This document shows, one piece after another, positions 45,430 through 54,433 of a DNA stretch of 58,822 bases. Location of the stretch: IMG/VR virus record IMGVR_UViG_3300038608_000026, positions 1 to 58,822 of that record. One strand, given 5' to 3'. The translations under genes were made by a program, and so were the position numbers. Under the pieces are notes generated by a model that had not been told where the DNA came from, searched no databases, and saw only the letters and a program-made list of their open reading frames with translations. This DNA comes from a virus (Duplodnaviria; Caudoviricetes). Each line of letters begins with the position of its first letter. The first letter of the stretch is position 1.

Positions 45430-46758
45430 TTAAATTTCCACGCCGTCCCTATAAACCTTGCAGCTTACCGAATCTGTAAAGCAGGCACGGGAGATCTCTC
45501 CTTTTAGTACTTTATTGTGGATATCTATCCTGTTATTTTTGAACGTATTATAAGTTTCTTCATCCCGAAAACCTCTGCCTGTGCCGGTCGTTCCTGTTTT
45601 AAAACTGGTAAGAAACTGGATGACACCGTTAAGATTACGATACAAGGAAGCTCCCAGTTCAGGTATACCCATTTTAAGTTTATTTTTTGTGATATTAAAA
45701 AACTTTCCAGATGGACTACCGACTACAATACCTTCTTCTGTCAACCAGACCGGGACGTCTGCAAAGTCTTTCTCTGGTGTTCCCAGAGTCCACCCCAATT
45801 CCGGAAGATTATTACAATAAGCCAAAGTTCCTTTGATTGATCCCGGCCCCGCGTCTTGAACAGTCATTTGTTCCGGTATAGTTCCAGCCAGAAACAGCGT
45901 TTTTTTCTTCATGCCGATGAACAAGCCAGTCGTCACTTTCGCAATCATTGTAACCGTATCCTCGAATGAATATTTATTTGATGTTAATTTATACCATCCA
46001 AAGTTAAAGGCTTCGGAATAATAAACATTCTGTCCAACAGATCCCCAAACACGACCAAAAGCATAACAGAGATTTTCCATATACGGCGGAGGGGAACATA
46101 AAAATGATGGAAGTGGTTCAATGGTCGGAATATCAACTACTCTATCTGTTGCCCCAACTTTATAAAAAATACTCTCGTCGGAATCGGTCACCCATACTAA
46201 AGCGCCAGACGGTCTATTCAGTATCTTGATCCCTCCTTCTGCACTCAGTGTAATTTCGGTTATCGGGCCATTGCCAGAAAGTTGGTTATCAGATACGTTG
46301 GTCATACATACTTTATATGTCCCGGCAGGGAGGTTACCGTTATCTGTAGTGAGCATTGGGCCGGGAGGAACGGCTACACCCCATTGAGAAATTGAATTAT
46401 TGTACGGATTAAACACTCCCTGCCAGTACGGGTTACTGCAATATACCTTGTTCTCTACATCAATGTAAGAAAGTGGTGATTTGGAGCCATATACGGTTCC
46501 AATATTTACCGCTGTGCCCTGAGATATACGATACAAAATACTATCGGCCACGCAAAGCATACAGGTTTTGCCAGCCCAAAGACTGTGCGCGTTTTGTAAT
46601 CCCAAGTAAAGCGTTGTTCCCTGGCGCCGCTTTAAAGAACCGTCAAGGTTCACATCAGCGTTCAAAATAACACGCGGAGACAACAATCCCTTGGACGTTA
46701 GAAACTGTTCGTTGACGTTATTTGCGCCTGAAAATCCTTTTGTGTTAATCTCGCTCAT
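45430..46758 (-). CDS. Tail nozzle/stabilisation protein (P22 gp10-like)
   Basis: GF.G.NN...N.D....G.LKRR.G N-terminus; position after the adaptor. Confidence 0.6.
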   Translation of the reverse strand: MSEINTKGFSGANNVNEQFLTSKGLLSPRVILNADVNLDGSLKRRQGTTLYLGLQNAHSLWAGKTCMLCVADSILYRISQGTAVNIGTVYGSKSPLSYIDVENKVYCSNPYWQGVFNPYNNSISQWGVAVPPGPMLTTDNGNLPAGTYKVCMTNVSDNQLSGNGPITEITLSAEGGIKILNRPSGALVWVTDSDESIFYKVGATDRVVDIPTIEPLPSFLCSPPPYMENLCYAFGRVWGSVGQNVYYSEAFNFGWYKLTSNKYSFEDTVTMIAKVTTGLFIGMKKKTLFLAGTIPEQMTVQDAGPGSIKGTLAYCNNLPELGWTLGTPEKDFADVPVWLTEEGIVVGSPSGKFFNITKNKLKMGIPELGASLYRNLNGVIQFLTSFKTGTTGTGRGFRDEETYNTFKNNRIDIHNKVLKGEISRACFTDSVSCKVYRDGVEI

Positions 46759-47438
46759 TAGTAATCGTCATCACTTCCATAATAAGATGGGCCTTCGTCT
46801 ATGCCTATAAAAGCACAAAGTTCAGTCATTGCCTCATTAAAAATACTATTGTGTATTTTATATCCGGTGCCCATGTTATCTTGTCCATCTTCCAAATGTT
46901 CTCCGTATATTCCTTTGCAGACATACGATTTTATTAATTTCATTTGCAGATGTTCAGGAATCCCGTCAGGAGAATCTCCGTCCAGTGCCATGTCGGTTGG
47001 CTTACGATAAAAATGCAGTCCGATAGTCTCAGGGGTTGCGGGAATGCCCTGATAGTATAGTCTTGTACCTTTAATGGCGACACAATAAACCTGCCCTTTT
47101 TCTTCAAGGCGCAAATCACTTAAGCCTCTCAGAAACAGATTATAGGCATAATAATTACCGTCGGATGTAGGGCTAATCCTGTTCCCGGAACTATCGCAGA
47201 CAAGAAAGACATTGCGTTGATAATCAGAAGGCAAAGAGACGTAAGCCTGAGTTGATGTTATTACCGTGTCGTAGTCAACCAAATCGGGCAAAGGCGGAGA
47301 AATACTTCTATCCGGCATTATTATACCGGCAGCGATGGAATTTACCGCTTCGTTTATTTTTTTTGTATATTTCGCCAGATACGCATCGTCTTGAATTATA
47401 TCATTGATGGCATCGGTAAGAGTTGATAAAGTTTCCAC
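46758..47438 (-). CDS. Head-tail adaptor (GTG start)
   Basis: INEA, LPSDY, ..YRKP.DM..D.D.P.GIPEH. Confidence 0.65.
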   Translation of the reverse strand: METLSTLTDAINDIIQDDAYLAKYTKKINEAVNSIAAGIIMPDRSISPPLPDLVDYDTVITSTQAYVSLPSDYQRNVFLVCDSSGNRISPTSDGNYYAYNLFLRGLSDLRLEEKGQVYCVAIKGTRLYYQGIPATPETIGLHFYRKPTDMALDGDSPDGIPEHLQMKLIKSYVCKGIYGEHLEDGQDNMGTGYKIHNSIFNEAMTELCAFIGIDEGPSYYGSDDDY

Positions 47439-47451
47439 GCCCAGCCTCTTT

Positions 47452-47487
47452 AAAAAAATCCCTCCCCTCGCTAAAAGGAGAGGGATT
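47452..47487 (-). terminator. Intrinsic terminator after the capsid genes
   Basis: AATCCCTCTCCT-loop-AGGGGAGGGATT then T-run. Confidence 0.85.
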
Positions 47488-47512
47488 GTATTATTTAACA
47501 GAACAACTTTTC

Positions 47513-47899
47513 TTACGCTTCCAGAGACTCCTGTTTTACGTATGCTGAATCGTCGTAAACGATATGCAGCAACACATTTGTCACGCCGTCAAGGATTGTG
47601 CCATCAAGCGACACCTTAATCTTGGTATTAGCAACCGTTGACGAATCGGGATCAAAAACCAATCCCTTGTTTGTGATGTCGGGAACACCTTTCAGAACTA
47701 TTCCCGCAGCAGTATTGCCCGTTGGTGCAGTAGCCGTATTGACTGCCGTGGTGTCTCTTAATAAAATAATTGTTCCGCCCGCAACCATCGCTGCGTTGGC
47801 CATATACTCTGCTGACTTGACCGTTCCACGGCAAGGAACAGGAATGTAATAGTCTTCCACTCCTCCGGCACTGTATAAATTTACATAAATATCTTTCAT
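47513..47899 (-). CDS. Putative capsid decoration protein
   Basis: Small beta-rich protein downstream of the capsid gene. Confidence 0.55.
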   Translation of the reverse strand: MKDIYVNLYSAGGVEDYYIPVPCRGTVKSAEYMANAAMVAGGTIILLRDTTAVNTATAPTGNTAAGIVLKGVPDITNKGLVFDPDSSTVANTKIKVSLDGTILDGVTNVLLHIVYDDSAYVKQESLEA

Positions 47900-47941
47900 G
47901 GTATTTCTCCTTAATTTTATTTTTGTTACTTACGTTAAATG

Positions 47942-48859
47942 TTATTCAGCTATCACCGCAAAAGGTACTGTTGCCGCTACGCCGTTAAGACCAGTAAGGA
48001 TGTTGCCGGAGGCCAATGCTAAATTGAAATCATAGCCATCCGTGGTTGTGGCGATATTAGCAGCCGTAATCAGACGATTATCGGTGACAATAACTGTATC
48101 TGAATTGTCGTCAATAGTCAGAACTGTTGCCTTAATGATGCTGTTCTTGATACGACTGCCGTATGCCGGTGAATTTGCCACAACATCAATGCCCTCTGTG
48201 GCTTCCACGAAGCAATCATCGATCAGGAATTGATGGGTTGACGCTGTTCCGGCGACGGCAATTCCAACCGCGCAAATACCTGTTCCGTACGCGCCGGGGT
48301 TCCGGTGAATCTCAAAACCTTGAATCTTAAAGAGGGCCGAATCGGTGATCTGTACACCGACTGTATTCCCTGCTAAAGACGGCTGCAGCATACCGCCCAA
48401 AATCTGGAAACCGTGGCATCCTGCTGGAATTGTAAGACCGACACCGGTTCCATCTAATGTGAATCCGATATTGATAAAGCGGCATCCAACTTTTGCCAAC
48501 GCAATAGTGTGATGGCCGATTATACGGGGATAAGGAACTAGATCAGAGCCACATCCGATGATATCGCATTTTTCTGGAAGAACGGTTAAGTTTTCGGTAA
48601 TACCATCGCCGCATACAAAAATCTTATTGCGTCTTGCCCACCAACGATTCGCCGCAAGGCCAATACTGGTGTTGGAAGCGGTGATTGCTTCTGCAACAGT
48701 CGCGAAGGGATGATCGGGTGATCCACTACCGGTTGCCGCTACATTCAGATCAACGTAATACTTACCGGCCTTGGGCCCTTCGTAATCGTTAACCATTAAA
48801 AAATCTGAAATAGGCTTAGATGCCTTACTTCCACCAACGGTTAAAACTCTTTCACTCAT
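47942..48859 (-). CDS. Beta-helix virion (head appendage) protein
   Basis: YYVD....GSGS.D.PFATV.EAI; AAGGAG RBS. Confidence 0.65.
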   Translation of the reverse strand: MSERVLTVGGSKASKPISDFLMVNDYEGPKAGKYYVDLNVAATGSGSPDHPFATVAEAITASNTSIGLAANRWWARRNKIFVCGDGITENLTVLPEKCDIIGCGSDLVPYPRIIGHHTIALAKVGCRFINIGFTLDGTGVGLTIPAGCHGFQILGGMLQPSLAGNTVGVQITDSALFKIQGFEIHRNPGAYGTGICAVGIAVAGTASTHQFLIDDCFVEATEGIDVVANSPAYGSRIKNSIIKATVLTIDDNSDTVIVTDNRLITAANIATTTDGYDFNLALASGNILTGLNGVAATVPFAVIAE

Positions 48860-48911
48860 GATATTCTCCTTTATTGCAGGCCTCAAACTACGCCTGCCGA
48901 AATTTAAAGGG

Positions 48912-49101
48912 TTAAATTACATTCGGCCTTGCAAATTCTCCGAACAATTCAAAAGATTTTTTATTATACGCAATAGCGGCGAGTTCTGGCGAAGGATAAC
49001 AACCAGCGGATATTTGCTTTCCGTTTATACTTATTGAGTTCGTCAAAATCTTCATCGTCTACTAAAGTTTTCCCGCCATTCGTTAATTCAATCTCTTTCA
49101 T
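48912..49101 (-). pseudogene. Internally deleted HNH-AP2 endonuclease remnant
   Basis: MKEIELTNGGKTLVDDEDFDELNKYK joined out of frame to NGKQISAGCY...AAIAYNKKSFELFGEFARPN; HNH core missing. Confidence 0.85.
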
Positions 49102-49115
49102 ATCGTCCTCTTGAT

Positions 49116-49185
49116 AACCCTCATGTTGCTTCGGGGGAATCGGTGAGGTTTCCCGACTTTCAGGCTTAAGTCCCTACCCCCGAAG
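49116..49185 (-). ncRNA. Structured cis-element (three-way junction) upstream of the HNH remnant
   Basis: 9-bp CTTCGGGGG/CCCCCGAAG stem enclosing two small hairpins; loop CCTCA complementary to downstream TGAGG. Confidence 0.5.
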
Positions 49186-49193
49186 ATCAAAAG

Positions 49194-50192
49194 TTAAGCG
49201 GCCTTAGACAGATTAACATGTAAGCAATGCATCTTTCTGTTCGTGCAAATCAAATTTCCCTGCCATCTCGTATTGGCCGATATCACATCCGGCTGTCCGA
49301 GAACTGACTTGTCAAGCCACACCGGCTGGGTGAAATTGAAATCCTTATGCGCTTTCAGCCCCAAATAGTTGAGATTGAGTGCAAACAGCCAGCCGGCTGG
49401 GACGCCACTATCGGATACAATAGGAGCGCCTTTGTGCATGATGTTTCTCCATCCGGCCTGAACCATGACATCGTTTGTGTATCTTTGCTGCGGATGTAAG
49501 GACAACTCGTAGGCATCTTTCAATAGTGCCGTTGTGCAACAGAAATTGGGCAGTTTACTGTCAACGTCGCCTGCCGCAGGTGCTCTGAAAATGCCCTGCA
49601 TAGTCTCGAAACACATGGTTTCTGCTGTCTCGATGACGTTGTTTATCCAGTTCGGCTCTTCAGACAGGGCGATACATCCGTATTCAACACTTGGCGCACC
49701 CTTGACTCCGGCGGCGCTTACATTGAATAAGTCCAACAAACCGTTTATGCCGTCACCTGTGCCCCTTGCACTCATAATCTGTGCCGCAAGATCAACACGG
49801 GCAGACTCTTTGATGTTTTCCATGTATTGATTGGTTAATCGGATTACCGCTTCCGAGCCGGAGTTCTTAACCTTGTCGTCAAGATTCAACGTATTGGAAC
49901 CGTAGGCGCCACCCCATCCGAATCGGGCCGCAGTCACAAGGTCTTTCTTGGACTGATTAATTACGGTAGTTGCTCCGTAGGTGCCGTGATTTGAATTCGC
50001 ATTAAGCAGCGGAACTTTAATCATAGTTCCGCCGTCAACAGTTTCTTCGGGTTGGACAATAAGACTATCTTCCGCTTTCGCCTTGCCGCAAAGCGCCCAT
50101 AAAAGAGCCGATGCAGTATTAAAAATATCTTCTGGAACAACAGAGTTCCAGTATACTTCGGTTGTTGCATTTAATTGATTTTGTAAAGTCAT
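49194..50192 (-). CDS. Major capsid protein (HK97 fold)
   Basis: Follows the scaffold; DGG..I.VP, G..N...G.P.V.D..P.G.L..LN, GNL...NR..H. Confidence 0.85.
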   Translation of the reverse strand: MTLQNQLNATTEVYWNSVVPEDIFNTASALLWALCGKAKAEDSLIVQPEETVDGGTMIKVPLLNANSNHGTYGATTVINQSKKDLVTAARFGWGGAYGSNTLNLDDKVKNSGSEAVIRLTNQYMENIKESARVDLAAQIMSARGTGDGINGLLDLFNVSAAGVKGAPSVEYGCIALSEEPNWINNVIETAETMCFETMQGIFRAPAAGDVDSKLPNFCCTTALLKDAYELSLHPQQRYTNDVMVQAGWRNIMHKGAPIVSDSGVPAGWLFALNLNYLGLKAHKDFNFTQPVWLDKSVLGQPDVISANTRWQGNLICTNRKMHCLHVNLSKAA

Positions 50193-50218
50193 AGCTATAT
50201 CTCCTTATACAAGGACGA

Positions 50219-51004
50219 TTACCCGCTTAACTTGGCCAAAGCTTCGGCCATAGCAGCGTCACGCTCCTTGCCGGTTAGTATTGTTTTGTTAGTGGTCTGT
50301 CCGGGACTTTGTCCCTTTATGATCACCGTTCCTGTTTTATCCCTCCCTGCTTGCAGTTTAAGGGCTTCCATCATTTCTGCGTTTTTTTGTTCCAGTGCGG
50401 CTGCTCTTGCTTCCGCATCAGCAGCCTTGATTTCAGCGAACGCCGACATTTTGTCATGCATCCCGGTAGAATCGTTGGCGATAAAATCATTTATTCGCTG
50501 TTGTATTTCCGGGGTGTTGAATGTGGGATTTGCCTTGAGGAATTCTCTCTGCGATGTTTTTATATCGCGTTCCTGTAATTCCTTCTGAAAGAGCTTCCCA
50601 GCCTCACCAAGGACAGTATTTTTAACTTTTTCGGCTGTTAGTTGATTAGATTTTGACATCAACTTAGCAAGTTCGCCCTGATATTTTTCACTCAAAGGAT
50701 CAAGTTTCTCTATCTGAGCGTTTACGTTTGCAATTTCCGAATCGTAATCAATACCTTCCGCCTTTTCCTTTCCGTATCCCGGTTGAGATTTCTCTTTGGT
50801 AAGGGTTTCTTTTAGGGTTTCGGCTAAGGTCTGCGCTTGATTGCGTATTTGCCCCAGTTCGTTCCCCTGCTCTCCAAGTTTCTTTTCCAGATTTGTCCTC
50901 TGCGCCTGTTCTTTGACGAATGCAGCAGCTAACTCTTCCGGGGTCTTAAAACCTGTCCCAGCAATTCCTTTATCTTCGCTTTGATCATTCACATTCTCTT
51001 CCAT
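50219..51004 (-). CDS. Capsid scaffolding protein
   Basis: FKTPEEL...LEKKLGEQGNELG.IR; coiled coil; precedes the capsid gene. Confidence 0.8.
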   Translation of the reverse strand: MEENVNDQSEDKGIAGTGFKTPEELAAAFVKEQAQRTNLEKKLGEQGNELGQIRNQAQTLAETLKETLTKEKSQPGYGKEKAEGIDYDSEIANVNAQIEKLDPLSEKYQGELAKLMSKSNQLTAEKVKNTVLGEAGKLFQKELQERDIKTSQREFLKANPTFNTPEIQQRINDFIANDSTGMHDKMSAFAEIKAADAEARAAALEQKNAEMMEALKLQAGRDKTGTVIIKGQSPGQTTNKTILTGKERDAAMAEALAKLSG

Positions 51005-51022
51005 TTTTTTCTCTCCATTTCC

Positions 51023-51074
51023 CGGACTCAGTATGATTTCGGCTACCCTTGCGGACCGATGGCTGAGCTACCCG
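51023..51074 (-). promoter_or_regulatory. Structured 5' leader of the scaffold gene
   Basis: Nested stems with two GG[GTA]GC/GTCC bulge motifs and a GCAA tetraloop just before the RBS. Confidence 0.55.
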
Positions 51075-51085
51075 ATTTTGGTATT

Positions 51086-51141
51086 AAAAAAAAGCCCAGA
51101 TTGTACGGACACGTTTGTGTTTGTCGTACAGTCTGGGCTTT
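51086..51141 (-). terminator. Intrinsic terminator downstream of the solitary repeat
   Basis: AAAGCCCAGACTGTACG...CGTACAATCTGGGCTTT followed by T-run. Confidence 0.85.
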
Positions 51142-51180
51142 AGCTACCTTCTTAAAGGACTTAAGTACCCCTTATATCCT

Positions 51181-51216
51181 ATCTACAATAGTAGAAATTT
51201 AATCCGTCCTTTGGAC
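51181..51216 (-). CRISPR. Solitary type V-A (Cas12a) CRISPR repeat
   Basis: GTCCAAAGGACGGATTAAATTTCTACTATTGTAGAT: 36 nt with the canonical 3' AATTTCTAC-loop-GTAGAT handle; single copy; no cas genes seen. Confidence 0.9.
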
Positions 51217-51267
51217 ATATTTTTAGCAGTAAAACATCCTTAAAATAATAACGGTTGACTGAGCATT

Positions 51268-51456
51268 CTATTTACCTTGTTTTAAAATACACACCTTTGT
51301 ATTGTCTTGCATATGCGCTGATCCTATGAATCCTTGTGAGAAGTCTAGGATTAATGTTAATTCAACTCTACCAGAAACTTTATCCAATATCAAGTTTTTT
51401 ATTTTCTCCCTGCAAAAAGAGATTATGGCTTCAATTTTCTGTTCTTTATCGTCCAC
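51268..51456 (-). CDS. Small hypothetical protein (GTG start)
   Basis: SGRVEL...F.QG.I motif; follows the zinc-ribbon gene. Confidence 0.6.
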   Translation of the reverse strand: MDDKEQKIEAIISFCREKIKNLILDKVSGRVELTLILDFSQGFIGSAHMQDNTKVCILKQGK

Positions 51457-51460
51457 ATCG

Positions 51461-51742
51461 TCACCCAATAGTTGTAAGCCCATTTCGTGACAAATACTTC
51501 TTATGCTCTGTCCGCGACTCGATGTGCTGTGCATCATTCGGCAAGGTGTCTAACGACGATTTTAACCACTTCACATCATTAATAGAGTCACACAGTATCG
51601 CACCGCTTTGGGGAATTATCCGTCTGGCCATGCGTCCACACCCTTTTGTTTGGCACCTGGCCTTTTTAGGGATATTGTCTATCCGATGGAACTTTTCGGT
51701 TATTTTTTTACACCTCGGACAACTATATTCGTAGATAGGCAT
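51461..51742 (-). CDS. FmdB-family zinc-ribbon protein
   Basis: MPIYEYSCPRC...C...CG..ARRII. Confidence 0.85.
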   Translation of the reverse strand: MPIYEYSCPRCKKITEKFHRIDNIPKKARCQTKGCGRMARRIIPQSGAILCDSINDVKWLKSSLDTLPNDAQHIESRTEHKKYLSRNGLTTIG

Positions 51743-52027
51743 TTACACTCCTTTAGACTTTTTTAGTTTTTTCTTTTCCGCTTCTTTTCCATTACGAATT
51801 TCTCCCAATAATCCAATCAATGCTGTATACGTAATTTTTTGAACATACGAAAAGACAAGCTCGTCTCCTTCGATAAAATTTCTTCTATTTAAAAAATCCT
51901 CAACAAGTTTAAATGTATTTTCTTTAAATCGTAACTCAAACAAACCTTTAAACATTGCTTCTACTCGCGCAGCCAACTTGTCCTCTTCTTCTAATGTAAT
52001 TCCGTACTGTCTTCTTAAAGATTCCAT
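51743..52027 (-). CDS. Hypothetical protein
   Basis: GGAGG RBS. Confidence 0.7.
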   Translation of the reverse strand: MESLRRQYGITLEEEDKLAARVEAMFKGLFELRFKENTFKLVEDFLNRRNFIEGDELVFSYVQKITYTALIGLLGEIRNGKEAEKKKLKKSKGV

Positions 52028-52057
52028 GTTGCTTCTCCTCCTCCTTATGTTTTTGTT

Positions 52058-53941
52058 TTATTTTTGATCGTTTCCCTGCGTTTGCAACGATGATTGCATG
52101 ACAAAATCTCTTAGCTGAATAGCCGTCTCTTCCGGCAAACCAGCATCAACTAAAACCTGAAGCGCCTGTTCTGTTTGAGATTCAGCATTTCTTTCTAAAA
52201 TCTCTTTCCATCCGGGAAATCCGATGGATTCAAGTGTTGCTTGTTGGTCAATGACGCCCATTTCTTTTAACTTTAGCGCTAAATCTTGCCATTGAAGTTT
52301 TGTTCTTGGCGTTGATGAACCTGACTCAACCACATAACCAAACTTTCTCCCGGCGAACTCTACACCTGCAAATGGCAACTGTTCGTCCGCCACATTAACA
52401 GAATCAGGACGTGTCCCAAAATTTTGATACAATCCTATTGCCCACTTGGATCTCTCTTCTGCTAGAAAATCAACAGAAGAAGTCTTGGTCAGCATTAAGA
52501 CCTGATTACGTTCTTGAAGCGCCTGAATCGCCGCATAAGCGATAACTCCATTCGGTGCTTGCCCCCTGTCGGCATCCTCTATAGCGTAAATACGATCAAA
52601 ATTTCGTATAAGCAATTCCAGGACGCGAAAAAATGTTTCCGGTAAATTGGGTATTTGCATAAACTCAATCCGGGCATTCGGAATGGTCGGCATCAAAACC
52701 ATCCTGCCGGGTTTACTGATAGAATTTTCTATCATTTCTTTAGTTATTCCGCAATGTTGCTGCACAATTAACGGTGGAGCCATAACGTTGATTACATAAT
52801 TGATAAGTTTAGAGAAAATGAGATTGATTTTAACTATCAGATCTCCGACCTGTTCAGCCGCTGCAAATCCATAAATTGTAACACCATCTTTGTAGGAATT
52901 TGCAACATAGCAGGGCAATCTCCCCCAAGGGTATGTTGTTGAAGCAAGTTCATCTGCCAACTCTGGATTAAGATTTGGGTTTGGATTATCGTCAAGGATA
53001 ATTATTCCGCTCTTAATAGCCGGATCTTTGCTTTTGGAAATCGTTATTTTTCGTATTCCGTCGCGATACACTTTTTTCTTTATTGTTGTTATTCTAACTT
53101 GAGGAGCCCCGTTTTCGTCTATAAAGGGTTCTTCTGTTTTTTCTTCTGTTTCGCGGTCATCTCTTAACCAAACCTCAATTACCAGACAACGTTCAAGGAT
53201 TTTTGTGTCTTGTCCGGCAACCTCTCTAGTTACGGTCATAGCATCAGTATAATTTCCAATACTCTTCTCTATTCCGTAACCTTGTGTCTTGTATGTTTCC
53301 CGGACTGTGCCCATTAAATCATAAGCATCATCTTTAGCAATATCCTTTACTTTAAAAATACTCTCTATGCTAGAAACGAAATCAATGTACGCATAACAGA
53401 TATACGGAGCTTCCTCTGCTATATTATCCCAGTTTCCGGGACATGGGAAAATACTATACGGGTCTGTCACTGCAATATCGGGGCGAAATCTTCCTTTGTC
53501 CCAATAGGGTTTTTCCGGTGTAAATCCGTATATTTCCATCTGTCTGGAGGATGCGCGTGTCTTTGATTGTTGATTAGTGTCCTTCCACCATTTTTTTAGG
53601 ACAATAGACAGGATATTTTCAGAACCGTCACCTTGTCCATCAAGGTCAACTACTTCTCCGGTGGGTTCTCTTGCAGTAATGTTTGAGACAGTTCTTTCCA
53701 CATTGGCAAAATAGAGATTAATCGGAGTAAGGACTTTCTTTTTGCGTGGAGCTCCTTTGCGGCCTGATTGCTGCGTATCCTGATTCCCTCGATACAAGGC
53801 GAAATTATTATTAAAATCGTCATGTTTTCCCAAGCGTTCCTTTTCGTTTTTTGCCGCTTCAAAAAGCAAAAATGCGAATTCTCCTACATCAGGATCATTT
53901 TTCGGTGGCACATTTGATAGACTCCAATCATTTTTAACCAT
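52058..53941 (-). CDS. Portal protein (P22-like)
   Basis: 627 aa between terL and scaffold; YGF..AE...DL...IN...S..I.Y. Confidence 0.85.
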   Translation of the reverse strand: MVKNDWSLSNVPPKNDPDVGEFAFLLFEAAKNEKERLGKHDDFNNNFALYRGNQDTQQSGRKGAPRKKKVLTPINLYFANVERTVSNITAREPTGEVVDLDGQGDGSENILSIVLKKWWKDTNQQSKTRASSRQMEIYGFTPEKPYWDKGRFRPDIAVTDPYSIFPCPGNWDNIAEEAPYICYAYIDFVSSIESIFKVKDIAKDDAYDLMGTVRETYKTQGYGIEKSIGNYTDAMTVTREVAGQDTKILERCLVIEVWLRDDRETEEKTEEPFIDENGAPQVRITTIKKKVYRDGIRKITISKSKDPAIKSGIIILDDNPNPNLNPELADELASTTYPWGRLPCYVANSYKDGVTIYGFAAAEQVGDLIVKINLIFSKLINYVINVMAPPLIVQQHCGITKEMIENSISKPGRMVLMPTIPNARIEFMQIPNLPETFFRVLELLIRNFDRIYAIEDADRGQAPNGVIAYAAIQALQERNQVLMLTKTSSVDFLAEERSKWAIGLYQNFGTRPDSVNVADEQLPFAGVEFAGRKFGYVVESGSSTPRTKLQWQDLALKLKEMGVIDQQATLESIGFPGWKEILERNAESQTEQALQVLVDAGLPEETAIQLRDFVMQSSLQTQGNDQK

Positions 53942-53953
53942 GTTTCTCTCCTC

Positions 53954-54109
53954 TCACAAACCCACTCTTGCGTTCGCTATTCTTATCGCTTTTTTTTCGT
54001 CTCCTGTTTCTTTCAATATTGCATTGGCTATCTGAGCGGCTTTTTTTGCTTGTTTATCCGACAATTTATTGTTGTGCTTTTTTCTAAATTCTTCTGCTGT
54101 CCAGGGCAT
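53954..54109 (-). CDS. Small ChaB-like protein (51 aa, absent from the ORF track)
   Basis: MPWTAEEFRKKHNNKLSDKQAKKAAQIANAILKETGDEKKAIRIANARVGL; GAGGA RBS. Confidence 0.65.
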   Translation of the reverse strand: MPWTAEEFRKKHNNKLSDKQAKKAAQIANAILKETGDEKKAIRIANARVGL

Positions 54110-54139
54110 TTGACGTTCCTCATTTTTGACTTACTGCAA

Positions 54140-54433
54140 TTACTCGCCGCTCACATCAACAAGCGCAGGGTTTCTAAGTGAAGAAACGACTGACACGTTT
54201 TCTTTGTACGCATTAATTAGTTTTTCATCGTTGACGTCGTAATTCATCGTTCCCCGATCAATCTCAAAATATTTTGGCTGACCCAGCATGGGAACAATAT
54301 TTACTTTAAACTCTCCTTCTTCCGTTTTAATCATTTGCATAATTCGGGGATCTTTCAATGCTAATATTCCAATCTCCGATGGAACCTTCTCTCCGATGAT
54401 ACCTCCCGTTTGCGTGTAAACTATTTTAATCAT
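54140..54433 (-). CDS. Hypothetical protein
   Basis: Coupled ORF. Confidence 0.7.
   Translation of the reverse strand: MIKIVYTQTGGIIGEKVPSEIGILALKDPRIMQMIKTEEGEFKVNIVPMLGQPKYFEIDRGTMNYDVNDEKLINAYKENVSVVSSLRNPALVDVSGE

Noticed and set aside
51141-51300. Multi-repeat CRISPR array or degenerate second repeat
   Set aside because: Only GTCC (4 nt) recurs 20 nt downstream; no second TCTAC/GTAGA hairpin on either side
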